A stretch of 64,000 nucleotides of DNA. Origin: a virus. Positions 47,316 through 56,888 of the stretch are shown in pieces. The notes beneath the pieces are model-generated. The model did not search any database. It saw only the letters and a list, made by a program, of their open reading frames with translations, and was not told the DNA's origin. Position 1 is the stretch's first letter; the number at the start of each line of letters is the position of its first letter. Where the stretch lies: IMG/VR virus record IMGVR_UViG_3300029319_007985, positions 96,001-160,000 of that record; one strand, 5' to 3'. A program made the translations under genes and the position numbers.

Positions 47316-48125
47316 TTTTTTTACTCCAAAAAGTTCTGCCCTATCAATGCTAAATGCGGCATGTATTATATTACTAGGCCTTAATTTCAACTCCTTGCAA
47401 ATTGTATCATACTTAGATTTGAATTTAGTAATTAAATGGTCAAGTTCAAAATTATCTAGATAAAGACAACCTATTTGGTATGAAATTTTTGGGATCATAC
47501 CAGATTTATTCATAATTGATATACTGTCTTTGTTATCAGTCTGCTTACTCCACCTTACTCCGATCCTGTTCCAACCCATGCAATATGCTTTACTAAGGCT
47601 CATTGCTATTGACTTTATACAATCATATGACACGTTGTAAGTCACATTGAATGAAGCAGGAAGCCATGAACCATCTAAATGAACTTCTACTCCTAGTGCT
47701 TGACACTTGTTCATAATTTCAGCAAATTGCTTGTGTGGACCCAGGTGACCAGGAAATGGCATGGCCATTAAAAGTGGCTTGTCTGCACTAAGGGTATCAA
47801 TGTTTGTATACGTTATATCAGGTTTAAGCCTTTTGTAGTAGTTGTAGTCGTGTTCAAATATCTGTAAATTTTCTATGTTATACTTTAACAACAGGTTATC
47901 GATAAAATGATGACATCCAATAATTAGATCTTTATGATCAAACTTGTCAAGTCCTTGTATTTCCACAGATTTGTATTGCTTGATTCTCGCTTGAAATTTT
48001 TCTATAAAGTCATTCTTGGTATAATGTCCTATTTGTTTATGAGATATCTGCTTCGCAAGTTCATCAAACTCTTTACAGTTTAAATTAGGTAAATGAAATG
48101 GTGTTAGTAAATCTTTATTCAACAT
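47295..48125 (-). CDS. PLP-dependent aminotransferase-like protein, paralogue of 3100-3978
   Basis: HLDGSW and SLSKAY...NRIGVRW motifs. Confidence 0.65.
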   Translation of the reverse strand: MLNKDLLTPFHLPNLNCKEFDELAKQISHKQIGHYTKNDFIEKFQARIKQYKSVEIQGLDKFDHKDLIIGCHHFIDNLLLKYNIENLQIFEHDYNYYKRLKPDITYTNIDTLSADKPLLMAMPFPGHLGPHKQFAEIMNKCQALGVEVHLDGSWLPASFNVTYNVSYDCIKSIAMSLSKAYCMGWNRIGVRWSKQTDNKDSISIMNKSGMIPKISYQIGCLYLDNFELDHLITKFKSKYDTICKELKLRPSNIIHAAFSIDRAELFGVKKLLENAV

Positions 48126-48696
48126 AGGTATGGATTACGAAACATTCTTTCGTTTTAAAATTGTTAAAATGACTACTACAATGGTCCAGTTCGCTTTTCC
48201 ACCATATCATATCTAGCGGACTCCAATTAATAATTTCATCAATTTGCTTGTTTTCGAGTTGGACTGGCTGGCAATGACTTAGATGCTTCTTCCTATCTTG
48301 TTCAGAAACACTACTTGTGTCACTTCTAAAAAATACTGTAGATGCTAGGCTACAATTTTCAGGCCTGTTATCTACCGAAACAGGTATCAAACAACTTACA
48401 AAAGGTCTTCCTGTGGCATTGTTGGGCAAAGGTTTTAGGTCCGTGTGTATTGCGAAGGGTTTGGTAAAACTAGAATAGAAAGCAAAGATAAGTTTCATAT
48501 CCTCCTCAAAATAAGTTTGTATCTTTGAAAAGAAAAATTTTTTGAACCAAAGGTACGATGCTGTGTTGTTTATATCAATACCATAGCACTTGTCACCAAG
48601 GTTACTCAATGTCGGTGTGTTTTTTAAAAAAATGTTTTTGAAATCATCTGCTTCTTTTTTGGTTAGAACATTTTTGATTTTGTTGAAATTTTGCAT
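48115..48696 (-). CDS. 2OG-Fe(II) oxygenase-like protein
   Basis: IHTD (HxD) and a distal DHCS; resembles ORF 4820. Confidence 0.5.
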   Translation of the reverse strand: MQNFNKIKNVLTKKEADDFKNIFLKNTPTLSNLGDKCYGIDINNTASYLWFKKFFFSKIQTYFEEDMKLIFAFYSSFTKPFAIHTDLKPLPNNATGRPFVSCLIPVSVDNRPENCSLASTVFFRSDTSSVSEQDRKKHLSHCQPVQLENKQIDEIINWSPLDMIWWKSELDHCSSHFNNFKTKECFVIHTYVE

Positions 48697-48776
48697 ACTT
48701 GTATGTCTAATTATACACTAAAAACTGCCCAGCCAAAATATATTGCATACAATTTTTGGTAAATACTGTCACAATT

Positions 48777-49064
48777 ATGAGCAGACCAAAACCCACAGTG
48801 CTGTTGTCAGTCAGCAATAAAGATACCTACAAGCAGGAAGAAGTTCTAGCGGCAGAAGGCATATGGGCAGTTTTCTATGACGGCAAGCCAATTAATCTTA
48901 AATCAAGCAGTTTGGTCTCTAACTATCCTGGCCCAAAATATAAGAAAGTATCTTTCAGTAATCCAGGACACGCTGAAAACTTAGCAAAAAAACTAAACAC
49001 ACAACACAAGACAGACAAGTTCGCTGTATTCCTTTTAAAATCAGGCACCAAATTTACAAGATAA
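48777..49064 (+). CDS. Hypothetical phage protein
   Basis: MSRPKPTVLL...PKYKKVSFSNPGHA; TAAATA upstream. Confidence 0.75.
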   Translation: MSRPKPTVLLSVSNKDTYKQEEVLAAEGIWAVFYDGKPINLKSSSLVSNYPGPKYKKVSFSNPGHAENLAKKLNTQHKTDKFAVFLLKSGTKFTR

Positions 49065-49072
49065 TTAAGTGT

Positions 49073-49468
49073 ATGGACACTAAAACTGCCTACACTCGCA
49101 CCTTTATGGGCCTATTGGAACAGCCGATCCATGATGAAAGCGTCAAGACGAACTATTACACTTGGTGGCAAAATGTTCGTGAAAGTTACCAGGCGAGAAG
49201 TCTTAGACTTACTAAAATTGGACTAGAAACAGTAGTAAAACTTGATATAAAAACTTACGAAATAAAGTTTCCAGATAAGATTATATTCACGCCACAAACA
49301 TACCTTTGGTTGGATGAATTTGTGGATTGTCCTTATTTTGTAGACAAAAAGAAGATAATAGTCACAATGGAAAAAATGGCATTGCAACTAATGATGTTTG
49401 CTGGAGATGTAACAAAATATGGCCTTGCACGAGCCATGAGTAAAATAGATGAACAAAAAAATCACTAA
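49073..49468 (+). CDS. Hypothetical phage protein
   Basis: 131 aa ORF. Confidence 0.75.
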   Translation: MDTKTAYTRTFMGLLEQPIHDESVKTNYYTWWQNVRESYQARSLRLTKIGLETVVKLDIKTYEIKFPDKIIFTPQTYLWLDEFVDCPYFVDKKKIIVTMEKMALQLMMFAGDVTKYGLARAMSKIDEQKNH

Positions 49469-49477
49469 TTTGTTATA

Positions 49478-51376
49478 ATGCACAATATAGTTTTAGTACA
49501 GACACACGACTTGATTGTAAATCGCTACTTGCCACTTGCTGTAAGCAATATTTGGCTCTATGCTCAAAAGAGTGAAAAAGTAAAACAGAATTATTGTGTC
49601 CGTGATGTGGTTATTGATAAAGTGGATACAGAAAAATATGTCGCAGACATGGAGTTTACACCAGATATATTTGCATTCAGCGTGTATGTTTGGAACTGGA
49701 AACACACAAAAGAATTTGCGCAGTCAATAAAGAAACGTTTTCCCGCCTGTAAAATAATAGTGGGAGGACCGCAGATTCCAAAAAACGATAAAGATTTTTT
49801 TAAAGTTAATCATTTCTTTGATATTGCAGTGCTTGGCGAAGGTGAGATAGCATTCAGGCATATATTAGAAAATCACTGCGAACCTTTAGAGCATCCAAAT
49901 GTTTTCTATAAAGGCATGCCATTGCCAAACAGCATAGACAGGGTAGAGAAACTAGATGACATTCCATCTCCTATACTTTCTGGATTCTATGATGGCATAA
50001 TTGAAAAATATAATAAGAAATATAAAGATGTAAAATGGGGTGTGATTTATGAAACTATGCGAGGCTGTCCGTACCATTGTGCGTTTTGTGATATTGGTGA
50101 TTCATACTACAACAAAGCCAAGCAGTTTCACATTTCAAGAGTTTACAAAGAAATAGACTGGATGAGTAAAAACAAGATAGAGTACGTTTCAGTGGCAGAC
50201 TCGAACTGGGGCATATTTGAACGCGACCTTGATATATCCAAATATGTGATATACAATAAATTGACTCATGGTTACCCCAAGCATTGGGACGTCTCATTTG
50301 CCAAGAACAATTACGAAAGAGTATTCAAGATAGCACTCCACGACAAACTGAAGGACAGTAAAATTTTCAAGGGTGTAACATTTGCATATCAGAGCACCGA
50401 CGTTGATGTGTTGAAGGCTATTGACCGATTCAACATAGATGCCAAAAAATCCAAAGAGATGATGGACAAGTTTGCTAAAAATGAGATAGCCATGTATTCT
50501 GAACTTGTGTTCCCACTACCAATGGATACAATAGACACGTTGAAAAACAGCATAGAAGATGTGATCAAGTACGGACAGAAAGGTTTCCTAATGGTCCACC
50601 CCACAGCAGTAACACCAAACGCCAGTTTAAACAATAAAGAAACTAAAGAAAAACATGGGATAAATGTTAGGACCATAGGGGTAGACACATTTGGTATAAT
50701 CAGTGACAATGGAAAAGACTATGATGATAATCATGAAATGATAGTGTCAACAAACACTCTATCGGAATCCGAACATGTTGTCGCGTACTGTTTTGCATGG
50801 GCGATGATAACCATGTACTACTACGGTTGGGCACATCATATAATCGAATATCTGGTGAAGAAGACACAAAAAAAATATACGGAAATTGTGCAAGATATCA
50901 TAGACCATGCGTTGAAAGACAAAAACAATATCTTCTACAAAGAATATATGGAGACAAAAAAACACATTACAAAAGTTTTGAAAAATAAAACCGGATGGAA
51001 TAGAGATACATTTAAGGATGGCAATCTAATGCTAGAGCCAAAGGCCGCTAGTTCATCAATTTTTCTAAGTGAAAAACAAGATCTCTTCAACTTTCTTGAG
51101 TCATTCCTTATAGATTTTGGTATTCCTGAAACAACCACTAAACAATTAATAACTTTTAGTGAAAATGCTTGTTTTGATTTTAGGAAAACTTACCCAATAA
51201 AACAAAAATTTGAAAGTCAGTTGTTAAAAGATCTGTGTGGTTTACAAACAGATGTTGTTATATTTGACCATTATGATATGGAGACAGAATTTACCATGGA
51301 AGAATTTTGTAGAAAAGCATATCATTGGCAGAGAAAAAACACATATTGGAAGTGTGCCATCACAAAAAGTCAATAA
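49478..51376 (+). CDS. B12-binding radical SAM protein (class B methyltransferase-like)
   Basis: FSVYVWN, VGGP, GEGE, ETMRGCPYHCAFC and DSNWG motifs. Confidence 0.88.
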   Translation: MHNIVLVQTHDLIVNRYLPLAVSNIWLYAQKSEKVKQNYCVRDVVIDKVDTEKYVADMEFTPDIFAFSVYVWNWKHTKEFAQSIKKRFPACKIIVGGPQIPKNDKDFFKVNHFFDIAVLGEGEIAFRHILENHCEPLEHPNVFYKGMPLPNSIDRVEKLDDIPSPILSGFYDGIIEKYNKKYKDVKWGVIYETMRGCPYHCAFCDIGDSYYNKAKQFHISRVYKEIDWMSKNKIEYVSVADSNWGIFERDLDISKYVIYNKLTHGYPKHWDVSFAKNNYERVFKIALHDKLKDSKIFKGVTFAYQSTDVDVLKAIDRFNIDAKKSKEMMDKFAKNEIAMYSELVFPLPMDTIDTLKNSIEDVIKYGQKGFLMVHPTAVTPNASLNNKETKEKHGINVRTIGVDTFGIISDNGKDYDDNHEMIVSTNTLSESEHVVAYCFAWAMITMYYYGWAHHIIEYLVKKTQKKYTEIVQDIIDHALKDKNNIFYKEYMETKKHITKVLKNKTGWNRDTFKDGNLMLEPKAASSSIFLSEKQDLFNFLESFLIDFGIPETTTKQLITFSENACFDFRKTYPIKQKFESQLLKDLCGLQTDVVIFDHYDMETEFTMEEFCRKAYHWQRKNTYWKCAITKSQ

Positions 51377-51406
51377 AATAGCGATTTTTTATCCACAATT
51401 ACCAGG

Positions 51407-51434
51407 TTGACGTATAACACATTTCTGCTATAAT
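51407..51434 (+). promoter_or_regulatory. Sigma70-like early promoter
   Basis: TTGACG-N16-TATAAT with TGn; AGGAG SD downstream. Confidence 0.7.
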
Positions 51435-51467
51435 GGTATTATAAACATTTTAACAGGAGTGTACAAA

Positions 51468-52574
51468 ATGCCAAGAAACAAAAAAAATACAGAACAAGCA
51501 GTTGGTTCTCAAAATAGAACTGTTACGCCAAACGAGGCTAAAAATGCATTAACACATTGTATTCAATTACAAAGACCAATAATGATGTGGGGAGCACCAG
51601 GTATTGGTAAATCAGACATTGTTAAACAGATTGCAGAAACACAAAACCGAGAAGTTATTGATATAAGACTTCCGCTATGGGAACCCACTGACATCAAGGG
51701 TATTCCTTACTATAATTCAAAAGACAACAACATGGTTTGGGCAAGTCCGGCCGAACTACCTACTGATGAGAAATCTACAGCGATAGTATTCTTAGACGAA
51801 TTAAATTCGGCGGCACCTGCGGTACAGGCGGCGGCATATCAGTTAATACTAAACAGAAGAGTAGGACAATATGTACTTCCGGCCGGGGTAGCAATAGTTG
51901 CCGCTGGTAATAGAGAAAGTGACAAAGGAGTCACTTACAGAATGCCTGCTCCGCTGGCAAACAGATTTGTACACATTGAACTTAGAGTAGATTATGAGGA
52001 CTGGTTGCAATGGGCAACTAATCATAAAATTCATGCAGATGTAGTAGGATATTGCACATTTGCAAAACAGGATCTATACGACTTTGACCCAAGAGGATCA
52101 AGTAGATCTTTTGCGACTCCAAGATCATGGAGTTTTGTTTCTCAACTTCTATCAGATGACCTGCCAGAAAGTACGCTCACTGACCTCGTAGCAGGTTGCG
52201 TAGGAGAGGGATTGGCCGTTAAGTTTATGAATCATCGTAAAATTAGCGGTCAACTTCCAAACCCATCTGACATACTGAGCGGTAAAGTTAAAGACCTAAA
52301 GACGAAAGAAATATCAGCAATGTATTCTTTGACTGTTTCTCTGTGCTACGAACTACAACAGGCACACGAAAAGAAAACAAAGAATTGGAACGAACAGGCA
52401 GATAGATTCTTCCACTACATGATGGACAACTTTGAAACTGAGTTGGTTGTTATGGGTGCGAAGATAGCCTTAACAAATTACAAACTTCCGTTCGATCCTA
52501 GCAAGTTAAAATCATTTGATAGGTTCCATAAGAAGTTTGGCAAATATGTCATAACTGCTATGGAGTCTAAATAA
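51468..52574 (+). CDS. MoxR-type AAA+ ATPase
   Basis: WGAPGIGKS, FLDELN, AAGN, PLANRF and TPRSW motifs. Confidence 0.9.
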   Translation: MPRNKKNTEQAVGSQNRTVTPNEAKNALTHCIQLQRPIMMWGAPGIGKSDIVKQIAETQNREVIDIRLPLWEPTDIKGIPYYNSKDNNMVWASPAELPTDEKSTAIVFLDELNSAAPAVQAAAYQLILNRRVGQYVLPAGVAIVAAGNRESDKGVTYRMPAPLANRFVHIELRVDYEDWLQWATNHKIHADVVGYCTFAKQDLYDFDPRGSSRSFATPRSWSFVSQLLSDDLPESTLTDLVAGCVGEGLAVKFMNHRKISGQLPNPSDILSGKVKDLKTKEISAMYSLTVSLCYELQQAHEKKTKNWNEQADRFFHYMMDNFETELVVMGAKIALTNYKLPFDPSKLKSFDRFHKKFGKYVITAMESK

Positions 52575-53800
52575 TGTCTGATCAACCAATCATAGACAAA
52601 TTAGTCACAGCAAGGATAGGTCTACTACTAAAACATCCTTTTTTTGGCAACCTTGCAACTAGGTTAAAATTAGTCAATGCTGACGACTGGTGTCCTACAG
52701 CGGCCACTGATGGTAGACACTTCTTTTACAACACAAAGTTTATTGATTCACTTACTCCAAAAGAATCAGAATTTTTATTTGGACACGAAGTCCTACACAA
52801 TGTTTTTGAACATATGCTTTTAAGGATCGGGGACAGAGATCCAATGCTATGGAACATTGCGGCCGATTATGCAGTAAATCAAATTTTAGTTGATGGACAA
52901 ATTGGTGAGATGCCAAAGGACGGAAAAGGCAAAGATAAAGGATTTCAGGACGACAAATATAAGGATTGGAACGCCGAAAGAATTTATGACGACATTTATA
53001 AGCAGGCCAAAAAGAACGGAAAAAAAATGTTAGACAAAATGGGAGAACTTATTGACGATCACCAGGAATGGGGCAAAGATGGAGCCAACGGTAATGAAAA
53101 ACAAAAAGGAAAGAAAGCGACTGGTAGACCTGTTTACAGCAAAGAAGAGTTGAAAAAAATTAAGGACGAAATAAAAGAAGCAATGGTAAGTGCGGCACAG
53201 TCAACTGGTGCTGGTAGTCTTCCTGGTGCGATTCAGAGAATGATAAAGGATCTCCTAGAGCCTAAAATGGACTGGAGAGAAATATTACAACAACAGATAA
53301 TGAGCACGATCAAGAGCGACTACACTTGGATGAGGCCAAGTAGAAAGAGTTGGCATACTTCTGCTGTACTACCAGGACAAAACAACGATGAAATGATTGA
53401 TATTTGTTTAGCCTTAGACGCCTCTGGATCAATAACTGATCATCAATGTAAGATATTTTTATCAGAAGTCAAAAGCATAATGGACCAGTACAAAGACTTT
53501 AGAATACACCTTTGGAGTTTTGATACCGATGTATTCAATGCAAAAATATTTACTCCAGACAATGCCGATGAATTACTTGAATACAAACTTGGCAATGGAG
53601 GAGGAACCGAATTTGAATGCAATTGGGAGTATATGAAGAACAATGGCATAGAGCCTAAAAAATTTGTGATGTTCACAGACGGTTGGCCTTTCGATAGTTG
53701 GGGCGACCCGCACTATTGCGATACAATATTCCTAATAAACAATCCGTATGAAAGAAACATAAAAGCACCGTTTGGAATGACAGTCACATATGAGGATTAA
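52574..53800 (+). CDS. DUF2201-type metallopeptidase-like plus VWA domain protein
   Basis: TAATDG, HEVLH, WNIAADY and LDASGSI (MIDAS) motifs. Confidence 0.85.
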   Translation: MSDQPIIDKLVTARIGLLLKHPFFGNLATRLKLVNADDWCPTAATDGRHFFYNTKFIDSLTPKESEFLFGHEVLHNVFEHMLLRIGDRDPMLWNIAADYAVNQILVDGQIGEMPKDGKGKDKGFQDDKYKDWNAERIYDDIYKQAKKNGKKMLDKMGELIDDHQEWGKDGANGNEKQKGKKATGRPVYSKEELKKIKDEIKEAMVSAAQSTGAGSLPGAIQRMIKDLLEPKMDWREILQQQIMSTIKSDYTWMRPSRKSWHTSAVLPGQNNDEMIDICLALDASGSITDHQCKIFLSEVKSIMDQYKDFRIHLWSFDTDVFNAKIFTPDNADELLEYKLGNGGGTEFECNWEYMKNNGIEPKKFVMFTDGWPFDSWGDPHYCDTIFLINNPYERNIKAPFGMTVTYED

Positions 53801-54050
53801 TAGTAAAAACTTTTTCGACAGGAAACTTGAAAATGTGCCACCGCACTTTACCAAATTTTCCAAATGGTTTAGTGATTATGAATTACTAAATGTTGATCGT
53901 TGGATACATGAAAATTGTGCTGGGAGATACTGTTTGGTCAAAACGGTAGAATGGGATAGGAATGCCTGGAGGGCCATGACAACAGTTGGTTTCGAGGAAC
54001 CTGGCGACATGACATTGTTCGCATTAAGCGGTCTAGCAACTAAAAAATAA
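53790..54050 (+). CDS. Hypothetical protein
   Basis: ORF overlapping the upstream gene. Confidence 0.7.
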   Translation: MRINSKNFFDRKLENVPPHFTKFSKWFSDYELLNVDRWIHENCAGRYCLVKTVEWDRNAWRAMTTVGFEEPGDMTLFALSGLATKK

Positions 54051-54086
54051 TTACCAAATTACATCCACTTATTGTCTACCAAAAGA

Positions 54087-54115
54087 TTGACTCTGCTAAT
54101 TAAGTTTAGTATAAT
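54087..54115 (+). promoter_or_regulatory. Sigma70-like promoter
   Basis: TTGACT-N17-TATAAT, then AAGGAG SD. Confidence 0.65.
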
Positions 54116-54138
54116 TGTTTATAAGGAGAACAAATTTA

Positions 54139-54420
54139 ATGAATACTAAAACTAAAAAAGAAGCAGATGTAAAAATGGAACAACCTACTACATCGGCACC
54201 ACAGCAACCGGCAGGAAATGACTTGTCTATTGCTGACCTAAAAAACTTAGCAACAATTATAGATGTAGCATCAACTCGTGGAGCATTTAGAGCCAACGAA
54301 ATGGCAACAGTTGGAGCCATGTATAATAAACTTCAAGCATTCTTGGTTAAGGTGACACCACCTCAAGCGCCTGCTGGAGACTTAACATCAGCGGCCGCAC
54401 CAGCGACTGCTAAAAAATAA
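54139..54420 (+). CDS. Hypothetical phage protein
   Basis: IIDVASTRGAFRANEM motif; SD before ATG 54139. Confidence 0.75.
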   Translation: MNTKTKKEADVKMEQPTTSAPQQPAGNDLSIADLKNLATIIDVASTRGAFRANEMATVGAMYNKLQAFLVKVTPPQAPAGDLTSAAAPATAKK

Positions 54421-54429
54421 GGAGAACAC

Positions 54430-54936
54430 ATGGTACAACAAATGATGCCAATGGACATAGAAGGATCAAATAAAGTAGTAGAAGGCAATAGGAAAAAATT
54501 TAAACACATAGGTAGACTAAAAGACAGTGGCGCCAATGTGGCAATTATTTTTAGAACAGTGCCTGATGAACCTAATCATTGTTTAGTAATAGGTCCAAAA
54601 TTTTTAGATGATACTAATCATAATGCTTTCATGAAAGCACTTGAATCTCAAGAAGGACAAGCATCGTTTGAATTAGGTACCTATCTAAATAGAACTGTTT
54701 TTCCTGATGGCACAAACATGTTAGCCTTTTTACACCAAGGAAACTATATCAAAAAAATGCTTACAAAAAATGTTGTTGTGACAATGGGGTCAGGCAACGA
54801 TGGTGAAGTTTCACTTGATGAGTTGAATAAACTTATTGCAAAAGAACGTGGTGTAAAAGTTTCAGAATTAGCAGTGCAAGATCCAACACCTAACCAGACT
54901 GCTGATGCCACAAAAAAGAAAACAACCAAAAAATAA
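54430..54936 (+). CDS. Hypothetical phage protein
   Basis: AGGAG SD; KHIGR motif. Confidence 0.75.
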   Translation: MVQQMMPMDIEGSNKVVEGNRKKFKHIGRLKDSGANVAIIFRTVPDEPNHCLVIGPKFLDDTNHNAFMKALESQEGQASFELGTYLNRTVFPDGTNMLAFLHQGNYIKKMLTKNVVVTMGSGNDGEVSLDELNKLIAKERGVKVSELAVQDPTPNQTADATKKKTTKK

Positions 54937-55252
54937 ACAAAGTTGGGTACAACTAGCACAAAATTTTGTTGATCAATGGCCCGAAGTGCTTGAAGGCATT
55001 GAACTAACCAACATGCCTATCCACTACGTGGATAGTGTGGCCATTATTTTAAAAAACCACATAACAATTACTGTAGATATTAAATCTTGCTTGAAAAAAA
55101 TGGGCAAGAAACAAACGGCCGCTATGTTAAAAACTTACATTACGAAACATTATAGTAAAATTAAAAACGTTGATCTTAAATTTAATGTAGGAAGATTGAA
55201 AACTGACATGACAAGTAAAACTGCATCAATATTGAACAAAACTTTTAAATGA
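54905..55252 (+). CDS. Hypothetical phage protein
   Basis: QWPEVLEGI motif. Confidence 0.7.
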   Translation: MPQKRKQPKNKQSWVQLAQNFVDQWPEVLEGIELTNMPIHYVDSVAIILKNHITITVDIKSCLKKMGKKQTAAMLKTYITKHYSKIKNVDLKFNVGRLKTDMTSKTASILNKTFK

Positions 55253-55890
55253 TAGATTTCACACAAAAATTTTTAATTTTGACAGCACATCCAGATGACT
55301 TGGAAATGTCTTGCGCAGGTACCGTCAAAAAAATCCATGCGAAAGGCGGCAGTGTAACCAACCTAATAATGGTTAGGCCAAATGTTGATGTGAGACCAAA
55401 TCGAAGTAAGGACAAAGTTTTAGACGAACTAAAGAATAGTTCAAAAATATTAGGACAAAAAGTAGATATCCATGATACACAAATATTTGAAAATGGGCGG
55501 CCTAACCTACAACTTACCAACAACTTGATTACCAAACTAGAAAATAAATTTAAAAACTTTGACGTTATTATTAGTCACTGGCACGAAGACTATCATCAAG
55601 ATCACAAAACTTGTTTTAACATAGCACAGATTTTGGCAAGGAAAAACTTCAAACAGTTTTTATGTTTTGATCAACCTACTTACAACCGTTTCTATAGTAA
55701 TTTTAACAAAAACATGTATGTAGATATTACTGACTACGTAGATGATAAAAGACAGGCACTAATGTGTTACGATACCTATTTTACAGATGCCGATATTGAT
55801 GCCATACTAGCATACAACAAATATAACGGATCATTTTTAGGACCTAATAAATTTGCAGAAACTTTTAATATGAGGTACTCGAAAATATGA
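55249..55890 (+). CDS. PIG-L/LmbE family N-acetylhexosamine deacetylase
   Basis: AHPDDLE and HQDH motifs. Confidence 0.88.
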   Translation: MIDFTQKFLILTAHPDDLEMSCAGTVKKIHAKGGSVTNLIMVRPNVDVRPNRSKDKVLDELKNSSKILGQKVDIHDTQIFENGRPNLQLTNNLITKLENKFKNFDVIISHWHEDYHQDHKTCFNIAQILARKNFKQFLCFDQPTYNRFYSNFNKNMYVDITDYVDDKRQALMCYDTYFTDADIDAILAYNKYNGSFLGPNKFAETFNMRYSKI

Positions 55891-56888
55891 AGATTTTAAT
55901 TTTAGGCGGTTACGGATTTATTGGCAGTGCTATAAGCAGTCAATTAATTAAGCAAGGACACCAAGTTGGTGTAGTTGACTGTTTTCATCAGTATTATACT
56001 TTTCCAAATTGGGAATATGGACCTGTGTTGGCGCAGAGAAAAGCCATGGCAAATCCAACCAAAGATTACATTGGTAAGATTGAAGATGTTAGTTTTATGG
56101 AAAATGTTTTTGATGATTTTAAGCCACAGAGAGTTATACACGTTGCCACGTATCCAAATGCCAAAATGATACCGAGGAATGTTACAGATGCTACAACAAA
56201 CATGGTTACTGCAACCGCTTATGTGTTAGACCTTTGTGTAAAACATAAAGTTGAAAAGATAGTTTTTGCAAGTAGTAGCATGGTGTATGGTGAATTCAAT
56301 AATCAAGTTCCAGACGAAACTGTAACCCCAAATCCAAATACTTTATATGGATCATATAAAAAACAAGGTGAAATGATGTGTAAAATTTGGCATCGAGAAA
56401 AAGGACTTAACTACGTAATTCTTAGGCCAAGTGCGGTATATGGAACAGTGGACATGATCACACGGGTAGTGTCACAACTTACTAAAAGCAATCTCACAAC
56501 AGGAAAAATGATCGTGCAAGGTCCGGAAAATAAACTTGATTTTAGTAACGTGAAAGATGTGGCAACTTATTTTTGTCGAGCCACAACCAGTGAAGTAATT
56601 AATCAAACATTTAACATAACCAGAGGCAACGGCAGAAAACTTATCGAAGCCGCTGAAATAATCAAAGAAAGATTAGGATATGGCGAAATAGTGCTGAAGC
56701 CACATGATTCTTTCTATCCTAACAGGGACACTTTAAACAGCGACAAGGCAAAAACAATTTTTAATTTTGCACCTATTATTGATATCGAGCAGGGAATTCC
56801 AGATTACATTGATTGGTTTCTTGACCAACCTTTCTATCATGACAATTTAAATATTAATAAAAAGTTTCTTCTGGATACAACGATTTAA
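55887..56888 (+). CDS. NAD-dependent epimerase/dehydratase
   Basis: GGYGFIG, ASSSMVYG and YGSYK (YxxxK) motifs. Confidence 0.88.
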   Translation: MKILILGGYGFIGSAISSQLIKQGHQVGVVDCFHQYYTFPNWEYGPVLAQRKAMANPTKDYIGKIEDVSFMENVFDDFKPQRVIHVATYPNAKMIPRNVTDATTNMVTATAYVLDLCVKHKVEKIVFASSSMVYGEFNNQVPDETVTPNPNTLYGSYKKQGEMMCKIWHREKGLNYVILRPSAVYGTVDMITRVVSQLTKSNLTTGKMIVQGPENKLDFSNVKDVATYFCRATTSEVINQTFNITRGNGRKLIEAAEIIKERLGYGEIVLKPHDSFYPNRDTLNSDKAKTIFNFAPIIDIEQGIPDYIDWFLDQPFYHDNLNINKKFLLDTTI

